Shown here: one piece after another, positions 1 to 15,400 of the stretch
Layout: the number at the start of each line of letters is the position of its first letter
Numbering within the stretch: the stretch's first letter is position 1
DNA from: Azolla caroliniana
Taxonomy: Eukaryota; Plantae; Polypodiophyta
Direction of reading: 5' to 3'
NCBI GenBank assembly: GCA_043228905.1
Contig: JBHGNT010000015.1
Coordinates: 15,128,001 to 15,192,000 of the forward strand
Length of the DNA: 64,000 nucleotides
The notes under the pieces: generated by a model
What the model was told of the DNA's origin: nothing
The model's database searches: none
What the model saw: only the letters and a program-made list of their open reading frames with translations
Position numbers and translations under genes: made by a program

Positions 1-3000
1 CTTCATAGGGAATTTTTATCAATCCAAAACACTATGAGGGAGATCATGACGGAAACCATGTTGGGGGAAACATTTATTGTATTCTTCGCACACACATGAT
101 TGTATGACCAATTATGTTGATTAATCTAGAGAGAGAGAGAGATCATGTTCTTCTAGGAAGGAAAATGGGGCCTAATACGACATGTTTTTATTTACTTCCC
201 TTTGTCAATAGAACTCCACTCCTTAAGGCTTATGCATTTAGGGGGAGCTAGAGATGGAGAAGTCAAATTCTCAAGGTTAAACTTTCTTAAAGTAACCAAG
301 AAACTTTCTAACCAATAGTTCCCTTGGTTGCATTCAAAGTGAAAAATGTGGAATGTTCTTGTGGTCTCCTATTTGTGGGAAGGATAAACCTCCTAGAATC
401 TCTCTATAAATTTGCAATATTAGAGGTGGATCATTAGTGATATAGATTTCAAACAAGACCCTTGCGCTCTAAACAACATTATACTTCTATGAGCTGGGGG
501 CATGGGAGGGAGAGCAAGGTTAACTGTACAATGCATTCTTTGCTTCCTAGTATTAACTACTTCAACCACCATTTGATGCCCCTAAAATATGATTACATGC
601 TTCTGGGATATTAAACTATTTTCTTGACAAGGTTTGTTGTTTGATGCTAACAACTACAATAACGAAAAAGGAAAATTGATGCGAATTGCCCCATCACAAA
701 AAAACTTTTCAACCATCAAAAGTATGTGTTATGCATTTTTAAGACATGATGTATTCAAGTATTGTTAAAATATAAACCATGAGAATAAAGAGCCTAGCCC
801 AATAAATGTATTGTTATAAGTGGATATTGAAAGATAAAGAGAGAATATGTAAAATGGAATGAATGATTGGAAACTAGCAATGAAACGCCAACATGTAGTT
901 TTAACTTTAAATTTAGTGAAACACTCAACACCTAGTACATTTCTATAATGTAAAATGCATAATACAGATTGTTTTAATATCTCAAAGCATATAAAATAAA
1001 CTAGTGAATGAGCTTGTGTTGCAAAAGACATTATTAGTGTGACCCGTACTAGTCTACAAGAAATGTATGGATTCGTTTATCTTGTTAATTTTGCCATATA
1101 GCAATTGTGTTTAAAAAATAAGTCTCCAAAGTGTTCTATGGCTATGGGTGGAACACGAAAGACTCTTCAAAATATATTGTGCTTAGTATATATCAAGGCC
1201 GACAGACGTATAAGTGATATTCAAAGAAACGAGAATTAATCACTTGACAATTATGTGTATGGGAATTGGGAATTGATGTCCATCCTAAAAGAATAAACTT
1301 TATTGTAGGGATCAATGCCACTTATATCACTTAAACTCTTCTGATTTGGAAATGTTGGAATGAAAACCTTCATTGTGAAATATATCTTTAGGTTCTTTGT
1401 GGATAGTGAACCATAGCAAATATGGGTTGTGGCTTAGTTACTTACACACATTACATTGTTGTCGATATATTTATTAAGACATCAATGTTTCAATATATAC
1501 TTGCTATTATTTGGAATTTGGGGATTATAGAGTTAAGACATGTTTTTCCTCAAGAGATAACATGAATAGCCATAATCCATGCTTAAAACAATTGTACCTT
1601 CAATCAAAATTTCCTTCAAATCAATAAAAACTTAAATTCATCATATAAGACAACATCCCGTAAAAACTAGTTTCAAGTATTCCAAAAAGTGTGTTGCCAA
1701 TATGTATGTATGTGTATGCCCTCCATTCGTATCTTGGTTCATCTCGCTCAACGAGCTAAGTGTTTTAAACAGAACATGTTTCTAATCGTGGATATCTCAA
1801 TAGTCAATGCAAGAGCCCATTCTTTTTGCACTTTAGGCAGTAACTTATGGTTTAAACATGCTTCACCTTGTGAGTGTGTTTAGGTGATGGACGTGTATTG
1901 ACAATAGCAAGACACAATGGAAAGCTCATACATGACAAGGTGTCAAACGATGGGAAAGTTACGTCGAGCCAGCATTATCAAATATGATCACAAGTCAAAG
2001 GCAACTTTTGCATCTTATATCATTTGATTATATTTTGTGAGTGGAGAAATGAGTTGGGAGGATTCCAAGAAACGTGTATTGAGCTAGTGTGGGTAGGTTT
2101 GATCAATGTTGTTGTTGTTGTTGTTGTTACTACTGTTGGCATAGGGTTCAAAAACCTTTAGAATGGCACATGGTTTAAGGCTCAGAAACCTTCATGATTG
2201 CTTTTCTCCTTTACGATATTTTTTATATGACGATTCTCTAGAGCTTCACAACAAAGAAAAGCGAGAGCTTCATCTTCTCCAACCTTAAACTTCTTTTTGG
2301 AACACATATATTCTTGTGTGCCCTCACAAAGAAGAAACCTTCTTTGCTTTCTCTCTTCCCTTCTTTTCACACCATAAGGTGGACAACAAATACTCTTCGT
2401 TCTTCCTTTTTTTCTTTTCTTTTATATATATATATATATATAATAACATTCTTTTTTAGCTTCAAAAAATGACCTTCTTTGCTTTCCTTCTCTTTTCCCT
2501 TTCACACTGTAAGGTGGACAACAACTCTTTCTTTTTGGGCACTTTCACACTATTGGCAAACATCCATCTTATTTGACAAATCTTTTTTATCCACTTTCTA
2601 ACAAAAAGGCCTTAGAACCTCCTAAAAGAGCAAAGCTCTCCCTTCACTTGTGATACTACCTACCTCCATTAGGCAATTAATGAGGACTATGGAAGACATT
2701 AAGGAAGTAATGCAACGGATTAATCCGCATACAATGCGATTAATTGCTGGATGATGATGAAACAGATAATTAATATATCCCAATACCAAAAAAAGGATTT
2801 GAATAGAAGCTCGATGAGCGATTGAGGGGAGAATACTCGATTCGGTAGGTCATTAGGAAGTTAAAGGATGATTATGCATGCAATTACACAACTAATAGAC
2901 AATTCTTCGGGCGAATAAGCAATCCCTAAAACAATTACTTATGCGGCCAATTGAGCAATCAAGGTATGATTCTACAAGCATTTAATCAAAAATTTAAATG

Positions 3001-3189
3001 CATCATTATATTATGGGAGGAAGTAAGTAACCAATGCATTGTTTCTCAGGACATGTGGGATATTACCGGGTCCATATTGTTTCGACCAATTTAAGCAATC
3101 GATGTGCGGAAACACATGCAATTGAGCGAAGACCAGTGAATTAATTACAGGGATTAATCAATAATTCGATACAATTGGCAGTCTATCCA

Positions 3190-3190
<1 letters not shown>

Positions 3191-3229
<39 letters not shown>
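3191..3229. repeat. (ATC)13 microsatellite abutting the RBOH start codon
   Basis: atcatc...atc immediately followed by ATG at 3230. Confidence 0.9.
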
Positions 3230-3231
<2 letters not shown>

Positions 3232-4076
3232 GTCTACAGACGAGCCGATGATTAATGGCAATGGGGCGAAAGTGATGCTAGAATTGACACTCGACGTTCG
3301 ACCCGATAATGTGAGCTTCATGAGCCTCACTGCCAAGCAATTCGATTACAACGGTCGACAATTTGGCGGCAATCTATCTCCCATTGACAACAATCATGCT
3401 CTTCTTCATGTGATCTCATGCGATGACGATGTTTACGAGCATTTCTATGGAGATGCCGAATTAGAGGCGTATTCCGATGCAGAATTAGAGGCATTGAGCC
3501 CTAATAATAATGTGCCCCCGGGATCACCACGGACTAGCCTCCGCGAATTCATGCGGATGACCATGACCGACGAGGAGAAAAATGAGGGAATGAATGCTAA
3601 AGTTGGCGGAGTCATGGTTAATTATGGCGAAGAAGGGCGATTCCGAGAGGAGAATCGCAAAAGTGGCGAAACTCGATCGGGCACATTATTAGGGCAAATG
3701 AGGGCAAATGAGGGCACAAATCGGGCGAACAACTACTCCTACCAGCCTTCTTCTTCGGATGGGAATCTGGTGGCACAATCAGGGGCTATTGATAAATTAG
3801 GGGTAGGGATGGGGGATAGATCATTGTCATCATCATCGTCATCGGAAAAGGAAGAGGTAGCGAAGAATTTGGAGATAGTTGGGGTAGCGGCATTGGGGAA
3901 GTCGAAATCGAGGACGGAGCAAGCGCTGGAAGGGCTGAGATTCATAAAGAAAACTACGGAGAATTACGGGGAGGAAGGGATGGAGGCGATGTGGCGAGAG
4001 GTGGGAGGCCGATTCGATGCCCTCTCCGATCCTTCTTCGGCCATGCTCAGCAGAGCCAAGTTTGGTGAATGTATTG
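3230..4076 (+). CDS. RBOH: RBOH exon 1 (N-terminal regulatory region)
   Basis: ORF 3230-4132 ends in ALEGLRFI...FGECIG; GT donor at 4077; in-frame upstream stop at 3155. Confidence 0.9.
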
Positions 4077-5444
4077 GTATATCACCTACACTACTTCTTA
4101 CTACTTACTACTACTACTACTACTACAACTAGTAGTAGTAGTAGTACTACTACTACTAACAATAAAAATCTTCTCTATCTTCCTCCTCCTTTGTTTCTTC
4201 TTTCTTTTTCTTCTTCTTTCTTCTTTGTTTGTTCTTTCTTTTTCTTCTTCTTTCTTTCTTTCTTCTTTCTTCTTCTTTTTTTTTATGAAATGTAAGTTTG
4301 CTATTAAAACAAGATCATAATACAACCCTTCCTATCTCCACTACTTAGTAGTACTACCACTAGACACTCATAAAAATCTTCTCTATCTTCCTCTTTCTTC
4401 TTCTTCTTCTTTCTTTCTTCTTCTTCTTCTGCTTTTTCTTTCTTGCTTGGTTTCTGTTTTTCCTTCCTTCTTGTTCTTCCTTGTTTCCTGAATGTTTCTT
4501 TCTTCTTCTTCTGAAATGTATCTTTTGTTATTAAAACATGATGATAATGCAACCCTTGGTAGCTCCACTACTTCATTAGATCGCACCTTCATTAGTAGCT
4601 ACCTGACAAGGTAAACCCTCTCAAGTATTGTAATACTAGATGAATAACTCGTATTGTAATACTAGATGAATAACTCTACCTCATCTTGGGACAACGTCCC
4701 CATCCAACATAGTTACGAAAATTGCCAAATCAACTTCCCTTTCATTTCAAGGAGTTCTTGTGTTACGTTACCCCACAATGCCCATCAAATAAGAACCCAT
4801 TTCTCATGGTTCAATTAAACTACATCCCCCAATACTTAAGATAGTCAAACACAACCTGATATGATGGTGTGGATATAGTTTTATCATCATCAATAAAAAC
4901 CCCCACTTAAAAGGTGACAAAATACTTCTTGTTATTGATGCCCAATTTTGTGATATAACCACCCAAATTTCTTTAGTAACCAAACATGTAAAATTTGTAA
5001 TGAACCTATGTCTAGCAGCTTCGTCAACCATTGTACACAAAAAACATGTCCCATTTGAAATATGTCTTCATTTTAAAGCCATCACCAAAGGCAACCCATT
5101 GACCATCACCTTTCTTCTTTCTTTCTTTCTTTCTTTCTTTCTTCTACTTTTTCTTCTTCCTCTACTTATGTACATGTGTGTGGATAAGTTTGTGAGAGAG
5201 CCCATGTCTTCACCTTCCATACTAGCTTGCTCACATTTCAATTATAGACCCCCGGGCCTCACCTCTTCGCCAGTAACGATTGCAATGATCTACCACACCT
5301 TCTCATAAAATTCTAACTAGTAGAGATGACATTCTACTAAGGGGCTATTTACTCATTTGTTTGAGTAGAGAGATAGAACATGCCAATAGCCTTGATGAAA
5401 ACATCCTCTTGAGATTAGGATGTTGATGATAAATATATATATAC

Positions 5445-5509
<65 letters not shown>

Positions 5510-8500
5510 TTTTAATGTTAACTTTGGAGCTCAAATATCACCTATAAGGCCAAAACTATATAGTTAAATTAACTTCATATGTATATCAAAGCGAGTAGTA
5601 GTCTCCATATCTAAGAACTTTATTAATGAATGTCACAATTGAGAGTGCACACCATGGTTATGAGATAAATTCAAAGATGTGTTAAAAGCATAATCGAAAT
5701 GTGATCAGAGGGAAAGCATTGAATGAAAAGTGTGATGCTCTTACTCCCGAGCATATGGATAACCGACTAGACTCAGTACATGCCTTAAAGTCATGCCTCA
5801 AATCAAGCTAGTGTGGATATCCAAGTGCCTTAGAGATGGGGGTGATTATGAACAAGTTGTGTGTGTTTAGTCCATTGTGTAGACAATGGGGAAAACATTC
5901 ATAGGTAAAAGTGCTTAGTTGTAGTATCACATACACGGTCTCCTCTCGTAGTTAAACCTCTCCAACTCCATTATCAATTATGAGGTCATGCTTACAAGTG
6001 AAAGAAGGATGATTTTCCTTATAGATTTGAATGGGGTGAGGATGAACATTAATACTCAAATTCTTCTATGAAATTGGCATAGTAATGGTTGTAATAAACA
6101 ATGAACAATCAATTATTTCATTGTGTGTGTATATCATTCTTGTTTAGTTAATGAATAAGAAGACCATGTAACGTAATTTTAATTTGGATGGTTACTTCTC
6201 TTTTATCATATTGACAAGCAAGAAATCACAAGGTTATTGGAATTTATGTGGCTTTTGTCCTTATAATTCGACTCTTTCATGATTTGGAATAAATGATATG
6301 TTATGCCTATGTTAATGAGCCATGATTATTGTCAAATTAAATTGAATGTATGGCATGTAATGCAGGAATGAGTGAATCCAACGAATTTGCGGTGGAGTTG
6401 CTAGATGCTTTAACAAGGAGACGGTTTGGAGTGGATAAGGTGAAATGGATATCCAAAGAGGACCTCCACAAGTATTGGAAACAAATTTCAGACCGAAGCT
6501 TTCACTCTCGCACCCAAATATTTTTTGATTTGTATGTAGCTAATAAATTACTTTATCACACAATGTAAATGTAAATGGTAGCCAACAATGTATGATATAT
6601 ATGTGACAGATGCGATAAAGACTCCGATGGCCGTATTGCTGAGAAAGAGGTTAAAGAGGTATAGCTAGAAGTTACTTACTGCCATTTTAGCTAGAAGATA
6701 ATATAGAAGAATTATGTTGTGAAATGCATTTGCATTGCATTAGTAACCACCCATTTTTATTTACACCCATTCTTTCTAGGTCATCCTTCTAAGTGCATCG
6801 GCAAATAAGTTATCAATGATGAGAGAGCAAGCTGAAGAATATGCTGCCTTGATAATGGAAGAACTTGATCGAGATAATAAAGGTTATATTGAGGTATGTT
6901 GGTTTGACACAGTTTCTCATTTCTTTTAGGAAAATACTTTGATGTTCACAAACCTTCCTATAGTTGCACTCCCTTCATATGCTCCCATTGATTATGAATG
7001 ACTCATTATATGTTTAAAAGGTATAACACCAATATTTTTCTCTCCTATTGCTAGATATTATTTGATATTACTCAAAAGGCGACCAACAGAAAACACTAAA
7101 ACATTTAGTATATGAAGTACAAAACACATCAATAGAAATACTTTTCTTATCTATGATGTTTGAATGGGTGGGAACACATGAGTTCATGTCATCGTCACAA
7201 CTACATAACTAGATTACATATCCCCAAATAATTCGAGGGGGTTTAAAATCCAAAAATTAAAGACTCTAAAGAATTAGGAAACACTTTAACCATAAACGTG
7301 TGTTTCCTCATTGCCAATGCACTTTAGGTTTAACCATTGAAAGCACAAGACGGAGCATTGGGACTCTAATAATTATATGTATATTTTAATGCTTCATGAG
7401 AAGTATTTCACTTTTATCACACATTTAGTTCTTTTCTTTCCTATTGGAGCTCAATTTTCTTTTATCATGGACAATATCTAGACAAATCATTGTCACTGTA
7501 GACAACATAATTTTTTCTTTTGGAGTGTTGTCGATTTTACCCTAGAGACACAGTCACACATGTCCATACACATAGAGACATAGAAACATAATCGAGAGAC
7601 AATTCATGAAAATGATTTGATACACTCGTGTGCTTTAAGCGCTTTGACAAACACATAATTTCACTTAAACTTCAAAGAAATTAATAAAAGTTAAAACATT
7701 AATAAATGGATGACAAATGAGGGAAAATGAATCAATCATAAATTGTTGCATTATGGGAAAATCGAGACATTAAAAACACTTTTAATGAGTTGGTCAATGA
7801 CTACTCTTAATGAGTGATTGTCGTCAGTTGTGCAAAGAGAATTCATCTCGAACACCTCAACCATTTATCATTCGTCTCCTCACTCCTCTCTAATCTACCA
7901 CTAAGTCTTGCCTCTCACCCCCTCACCTCTTTATAAACCCATGTTATTCCTAATATAGGCCACGACTCATTACCATTCAACTATACAATATACTTTAAGA
8001 AGAACATTTTTCTACATTTTTTGAAGTGATCCTAATCATATATTGTTTTGGAGGAAAGGTAAAAACTAATTCTTTAATCATTATCAATAAAGATAGGGTC
8101 AACAATCCTTGCAATGGCAATAGGTGTAGTAATAAACATAGAGGCAAACTTATAAAGGTTTTGTACTTGTCGTCCATTAAGCATTTTGGAGGAGATTCAT
8201 GATTTCGCATGATTCTCTACTAAAATAGAGATATAGAATGAAGGAAAATGGAAGAAGTCCTTAATTGCTAAGTGCCACAAATGGGTATCATGACATATGA
8301 CTCAAAACAACAAAGTCAAAATCAAATAGTCTAGTGCCTCTAGTTAAAGGTCAACTAGTAGAAGAAGATATGGCTACTAGAAGAGGATGAAGATATGGAT
8401 AGTAAAAGAAGTAGATAATGTTGAATCCACATGCATCACTTACGTTTTTTGAAGTATTGATTCACGAGGAGACAAGCCTTTGGATAAAAAAACGGAGACA

Positions 8501-11500
8501 CGTGACAAGTCAAAGATGTCAAGGATGTTGATGAGTGTGACAAAATTCAGTAGTCCTAAAACTTAAGTGACATTGAAGGTGTCTTTTTCATAGTGCAGAA
8601 ACACCGACGAAATGTTCAATTTATGGGTAAAACTAATTACCTCTAAGAACATAAGTTTTAGCTAGGAAAATGTTCTAGAATAAATTGTTCACCTTTAGAC
8701 TAGTAAATGATGACTTCTTTTTTTTCCAAAAACAAAACTCCTTCCATCAGTTATAAAGATTTTATAGATGAGATTATTATATACAAATCCCTATAGGGAC
8801 ACGATTGGTCCATCTTATGTGGATGCCCACTGCCTTAAGAAAGGGAGAGGACGACCATTGTTGGATAAAGGCTAGTCATTGTCTTTCAACTCTATTGGAG
8901 TCGCCCTTGAGGCCATCATATTGGTTCTTTAGAGTGGTTATAGCTTCACTCCATATCTCTTGCATTAACATTATTGGTTGCGCGCTTTGGTTGGAGAAGA
9001 CCTGTCTACATCGTTGTTTCCATAAAATCCAAAGAGTTATTGGGCTGACCACGATTGGTCCATCTTATGTGGATGCCCACTGCCTCAAGAAAGGGAGAGG
9101 ACAACCATTGTTGGATAAAGGCTAGTCATTGTCTTTCAACTCTATTGGAGTCGCCCTTGAGGCCATCATATTGGTTCTTTAGAGTGGCTATAGCTTCACT
9201 CCATATCTCTTGCATTAACATTATTGGTTGCGCGCTTTGGTTGGAGAAGACCTGTCTATATCGTTGTTTCCATAAAATCCAAAGAGTTATTGGGTTGACC
9301 AAGTCCAACACAACTTGAGATTTGGCACTAATAGGAGTTGAGTGCATATTGCCAATGGTGGAGAAAAAAAACCTCTTGTGCTTTTATAATCAAAGCCATC
9401 CCCTCTTCCTGATGCTCATATCTGTCAACTGGGGCCTGCCATGATAGACAACATACATTCCCCCACTTGATTGAGCCTTGCACCTGGCATAATTGCAATA
9501 AGCAGCCAACCCCCCGCCATATTTGATGGGACTCTAGGCAGTCCCATTGAGCGTGTCGTATTGATTCTACTACAGTTGGACATGCTACACAATTAGGAGA
9601 GCTGAGGTTCCCACGCTGCCATGCACCAACCGGTAGTGACCTATGTATTAATAACCATTGGAAAGTGGTGATTTGCCTCGTGTGTTGTTGTTTCCAGAGT
9701 TTCTGCCAAAACTTGGTGATAATTGTGTAAGGAACATGATATGTTTTCCAGACCTTTGCAGCAGCCGGGTCTCGGGCAGATTGAGTAGTTATAATATGAC
9801 GACCCAATCTAGTTGTGAATTGAAAGAAAGGGATAGGTTGGCTTCCTTGACCCCCGTAAGGATCACGCCATGTCCATTACAAAGGGTCCCAACAGACCTT
9901 ACATAACCATGTGTTTTCATGAGTACATATGTGCCAATCTGGTTGTACTTTGACTAGATCAGGATCTACAATCCATTTATGCCTAGTATATGCTAGTACT
10001 CGAATTGCCTTATGTTGTGTTGATGTCTCATTGTCCTACAGTTCAGAGCCTTCGATCTTGTCCGGTGTGTCCCTACCTCTTCGGAGCAAAGAGCCCTCCT
10101 CCTTGTAACCTATCCATCTCTCCGTTGTTGTCCTTTGATGAGCATCTTCCCTAATTGGTAGAGCGTTAATGATTTCAGATCTCATAGCCCATCTGCCCCT
10201 GATTCCATGGAGGATGTTGGCTTGGTCTTGTATTGGTAATGGCATAAACTGTCTCCAATATTCTATACTTTTTCTTGGACCTTCCAACATGTATCCCCAT
10301 GACAACCCCTTGCTTGATCCAATTAGTTGATTAGATTCATCCCTAATACATGGGTTCCAAAGGATACGTTGACTAAGCCAGGCAGTTTCGGAATTGGGTT
10401 GATCACACTTGAGTCCTCGTCTAATGTCACACCACGCCTTCCACATGGATGCACTAAATCTATCCTCTAGTTGGCGGGAGAAACTAGGTTTGAGATCCAT
10501 GTTTAGAATCCATCTAGTTTGGGGGGCCCAATTGGTCCCTTTTCGTGGCCTAAAGTAAGCGAAGCGCAACCGTAGTAGCATTTTCCAGCTGTCATTCCCT
10601 GGTTGGAGTCCTCACACCACAAATTTGGCAAGTAGGGCTTTTGATTGTGAGAGGGGATCAATAAGACCTAATCCTCCTCTCGACTTAGGTGATGTGAGTA
10701 TAGGCCACGCCACCTTGGCCCGAGTTGCATGATCTTCCTTACTAGACCAAATGTAATTGCGTACCAATGGCTGAATCTGGCGTATACTTTCCTTGGAGAT
10801 TGTCCAGCATGATAGGTTGTACCATGCTGTCGCGAGTAATACTTGGTTTGCCACTATGATGCGCCCCGCTAGCGAGAGTTTTTTTGAACTCCAATGTATT
10901 AACTTTTGTCGGATGGAGTGAATAACTAGTGTAATCATAGTTTCCATAGGTATGTTGAAACCAATTTGGAAACCCAAATATTTGGTGCTCTCTCCTTGAT
11001 TGATCTACTTGAAAGCAGGATCTAGGTGCCACGTAGGATGTGCATCATGAGAGAGCCATATTGCACAAGATTTGTGCCAATTGATCGATCTCTTGCAAAG
11101 CAAATGATGACTATTAGGTACTCTAGTATAACAACTATGGAAATACACAACATTCAATATGTAATTGGGTCAATATAGCAAATAGGAAATTTACTTCTGA
11201 TGATATGTCTCATTCTTACTTCATATTCGAGATTGTATGGAGCTTTGCATTAGACAATTTATGACCATTGGGACCACATAAATGTCTAATGAAAAAAATC
11301 TTTCATTCTTCATATTTGGACTTTTCACCTTATATAATTAGATATGTGTACCTTCAAAATTCTCCAACATCTTCTCACTATCATATATGTGATCAAATAT
11401 AAACTTTCAAAACAATTTGATCTTTAGACTTGTTTGTCACTAAATATCCTTTCATGGGGATGTCATCACAAAACAACATTGTTATGATAAAAATGTAGAC

Positions 11501-12424
11501 CTATAAATCTTGTTCATCATATGAGCAACCAAGTTTGCCATTCCTTATTGTAAAGTGCACATTCTCAAAGGTCCAATTGGATTTCTCATTGTCATAATCT
11601 CACAGTTGTCGACAGTTAATTGAATTAATCATAGCTAGAACATAATGTATTGATCTAATTAATTTTCTAACCCACAAAGGCTTTAATGATAATATTGATG
11701 TTTGGTCCACTTTTAAAGTTATTAATTGTCACCTTATTGTCTAGTTATAGATATTAAATGACTTGTAACGACTCCTTCTTTTGTTCTATAAGCCACATTT
11801 GGAGTATAATGCATTTTATGACATAAGGATTCCCATCATACCCATTTCTCTTTAGAAATTGGATTAGCTTTGGCATGAGTGCCTTCAAAACTAAAAGAGG
11901 CATTAAGTTCCATGGTATGTGCTATATTGTGAACATCGTCGTTGATTATATAGGTGTTAGGCTTGCACACCTAACTTCTATTAGTGAGAAAGCATTTTCA
12001 GCATTTCCTAGAACCATTTTTCTTCTTGAGGTCATAGAAGTCAACTCTAACAATTTGGAGGTTCCTTTGGGATTTTCCTACAAAGATATGGTTGATGGAA
12101 CTTAAGTTCCATAATGTTGAGCCAAAATGAGAATTCCTTCATTTGCCATTATTGATCTCGTTTACATCTTGATGTTGGGTGTCTTTTGATTACATATACT
12201 CTTCTTTTAGGTCATTGATCATATCATGGAAGGAAATTTCCTATATAAGCCCTATAATTTCTTCATTCTCTTCTAGTATGAAAGAGGATTATAGTATCTA
12301 TTTTAAATATTCTATCATTGATTTTCCTTTAGTACTCTCTGTTGGAAGCAATGTCGTCTGTGCGGAAGATCAAGAAGCACTCGATTCCTGTTTATTCCCT
12401 GTGAATGACAGAATGTAGGTCGTT

Positions 12425-12459
<35 letters not shown>

Positions 12460-15400
12460 CACAAAAAAGTCTTTCTATTGCATAAACTAGAATACAACAA
12501 CCAACCTCACAAAGAGGTTACAAGGTCACTATATATAGTGACCAACTTAGGGCAACTACCCTTTATGCTAATTACATAAATGGCCAAAACGGGATAGTGT
12601 GAATACGTCCATTATACACATGTATTCGACACTCCCCCGTAATGGGCGTATACATGGGTTATCTAAGATTACAGGTATAGACTTAGGTTCTCGGACATAT
12701 CAGCTTTGTTCGAGTCGGCAGGGTCCGAAGGCAGAAGACCGAACTGGTCGGGTCGGAACAGTTGAAGCCGATCATTAAGGAACTGATGTCGGTTGTCGGG
12801 AACCATCCTGCTCTGTGTCCGGCTCTAACCGGACTGGTTTGTCGTTACGCCCATCTGATGCCGAAGAGACCGAAAACGGTCTGCCGAAAGACACTTGGTC
12901 ATTCCATCTGCGACATTGTCGGTTGTGGATATTTTCTCTAGACCGATTTTCCCTGAGATGACGCAGTCCCGAACGAAGTGATATCGAACGTCGATATTCT
13001 TGGAGGCGTTGTGGTGAACCGGATTTTTCGACAAGGCAACAGCACCTTGACTGTCGCTGTAGACAACTGGAGCCGAGTCATGGTCGACTTGTCGAAACGT
13101 GTGCGCCAGCCGACCAAGCCATAAGGCTTCTTTTGCTGCGTCGAACGCAGCTACATATTCTGCTTCGGTCGTTGAGGTCGCTGTGCATTCCTGAAGTTTC
13201 GACTTCCACGAGATTGCTCCATTGCCGAATTTGAAGCAGTATCCGGTTGTTGATTTCCGACTGTCTATACAGCCGGCGAAGTCCGAGTCGGTGTAACCGA
13301 CTACGCCTGAGGTTCGGTTCGAACCGAAAAGAATGCCGTGATCTTTTGTGCCAGCCAGATATCTGAACACATGCTTGACTGCGTTCCAATGCGATCGGCC
13401 AGGATTGTGCATAAATCTGCTGACGACTCCTACAGCGTGAGAAATATCAGGCCGTGTCGCGACCATCAGGTACATAAGGGAGCCGACTGCCGGTGCATAC
13501 GGTACCGACTTCATATCTTCCCCCTCCGGACCGGATGTCGGGCAGTCTCGCTGAGAGAGCCGAAGATTCATGGGGAGCGGGGTTGAAGCAGATTTGGCTG
13601 ATTGCATGTTGAAGCGTTCCAAGACACGTCCGATGTAGTCGGTCTGAGACAAAAAAAGATGTCGTTGATCGCGATGCCGACTAATCTTCATGCCGAGTAT
13701 GTGTCGTGCCGGACCGAGGTCCTTCATGGCAAACTTCAACCGCAGTTGCCGAACGAGATCGGCAAGTTCGCCCGAGTGGCGTCCAGAAATTAGCATGTCG
13801 TCCACGTAAATGATGAGGAAGATGGGTGATCCATCTTGAGCTGTGTTGGTAAAGAGACAATGGTCCTCATCGCTTTTTGAGAAGCCGATCGATTGGATGA
13901 AGTCGTCGAACTTCTTGTACCATTGTCGCGGTGCCTGTTTGAGGCCGTATAGACTCTTCCTGAGTCGGCAGACTAGATGTTCTTGGCCAGGTGCCACGAA
14001 GCCTTTTGGCTGCTCCATATAAATTTCCTCCTCGAGATCACCATGGAGGAAGGCTGTTTTGACATCTAGCTGAATCAGCTCCAGGTTGTCGGCTGCCACG
14101 ACGCCGAGCAGAAAACGAAGGGTTGTCATTTTCACCACTGGTGAAAAAATCTCGTCGAAGTCGACGCCATATTCTTGTCGGAAGCCCTTCGCAACCAATC
14201 TGGCCTTGTACTTTGGGGTGGTCGAATCAGACGTCTCTTTTAGTCGATAGACCCACTTGCAAGGAAGAGCACGTCGGTTCCTCGGTAATTCGACCAAATC
14301 CCAAGTCTTGTTTGCCCGAATGGAGTGCATTTCCGACTCCATCGCCAGATGCCAGGTGGCCGAATCGACAGATGTCGATGCTTCTTCGTAAGACGTCGGT
14401 TCGCCGGCGTCGGTGAAGAAAATTCCAGGAGAATACCTCTCCGGAGGTTGCGACAGTCTCTCGGATCGTCGAGGTATGATTGGACTGGTCGCATCAGGTA
14501 TCGAGGTCGGATGGTCCGAAACCGAAACATTCGGCTGTGCCGAGTCAGAGTTGTCCGAGTCGGTAGTATAAGGTTCAGCTACCCGTGAAGCTGACCGTGT
14601 GTTGAGAGCGGGGCCTTCTTGAAGGGTCGGCACATCGGAGAATGTTACCCTTCGGACTTCGATCGGTTTTTCGACTGATGGATTCATAGCCGACTCGTTG
14701 AACACAACGTCCGAACTTCGAACGATTTGTCTGCGTTCGGGGTCCCAGAGTCGGTATCCCATTTCGCCGTCTGATCCATATCCAAGGAAAATGCATTTCC
14801 TGGACCGAGGTGCAAGTTTTCGGCGATCATCTTTCGGAATGAGGGCGTACGCCTCGCATCCGAAGATCCTCAGCTTGTCGTAATTCGGCTTGCTGCCGAT
14901 CCATAGTTCCTGAGGAATTTGAAGTCCTAGAGGTCTACTTGGCGACATATTGATTATGTGTACTGCCGTGAGTAGAGCCTCTGCCCAGAAGCCATCCGAC
15001 AGTCCGGAGTGTTGGAGCATGGAAACTATCCGTTCTTGGATTGTCCGATTCATTCGCTCTGCAATCCCGTTTTGCTCCGGACTGTGTGGTGCCGTAAATT
15101 CACGTCGGATGCCGCGTTGTCGGCAGAATTTGACGAATTCTTCTGATTTGAACTCTCCCCCATTGTCGGTCCGAAGGCATTTCAGCTTTCGGTCGGTTTG
15201 ATTTTCCACCATAGCGAGCCAATCGGTGAAGATCGAGAAGACCCGATCTTTGGTGCGAATTGGATAAGCCCACACTTTTCGAGTCGAATCGTCAATAAAA
15301 GTGACGAAGTAAGATGCACCGCCTAGAGACTGATGCGGCATTGGGCCACAGACGTCCGAATGGACTAAGTCGAGAGGTCTCGTTTCTCTTGGTGCTGATG

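Noticed and set aside
1-2640. Short ORFs and a small direct repeat (about 2337-2390 and 2473-2524) upstream of RBOH
   Set aside because: No domains, splice-consistent structure or element termini found; probably decayed repeats.
3154-3336. Minus-strand poly-Met ORF
   Set aside because: Reverse reading of the (ATC)n microsatellite, antisense to RBOH exon 1.
4017-4592. Several low-complexity ORFs (poly-T/S/F/K/E)
   Set aside because: Translations of intron-1 microsatellites.
11100-12334. Possible old Gypsy gag/protease remnant flanking the intronic Copia (continuing at about 17712-18900)
   Set aside because: Composition suggests decayed minus-strand coding sequence, but I could not read diagnostic motifs or ends.
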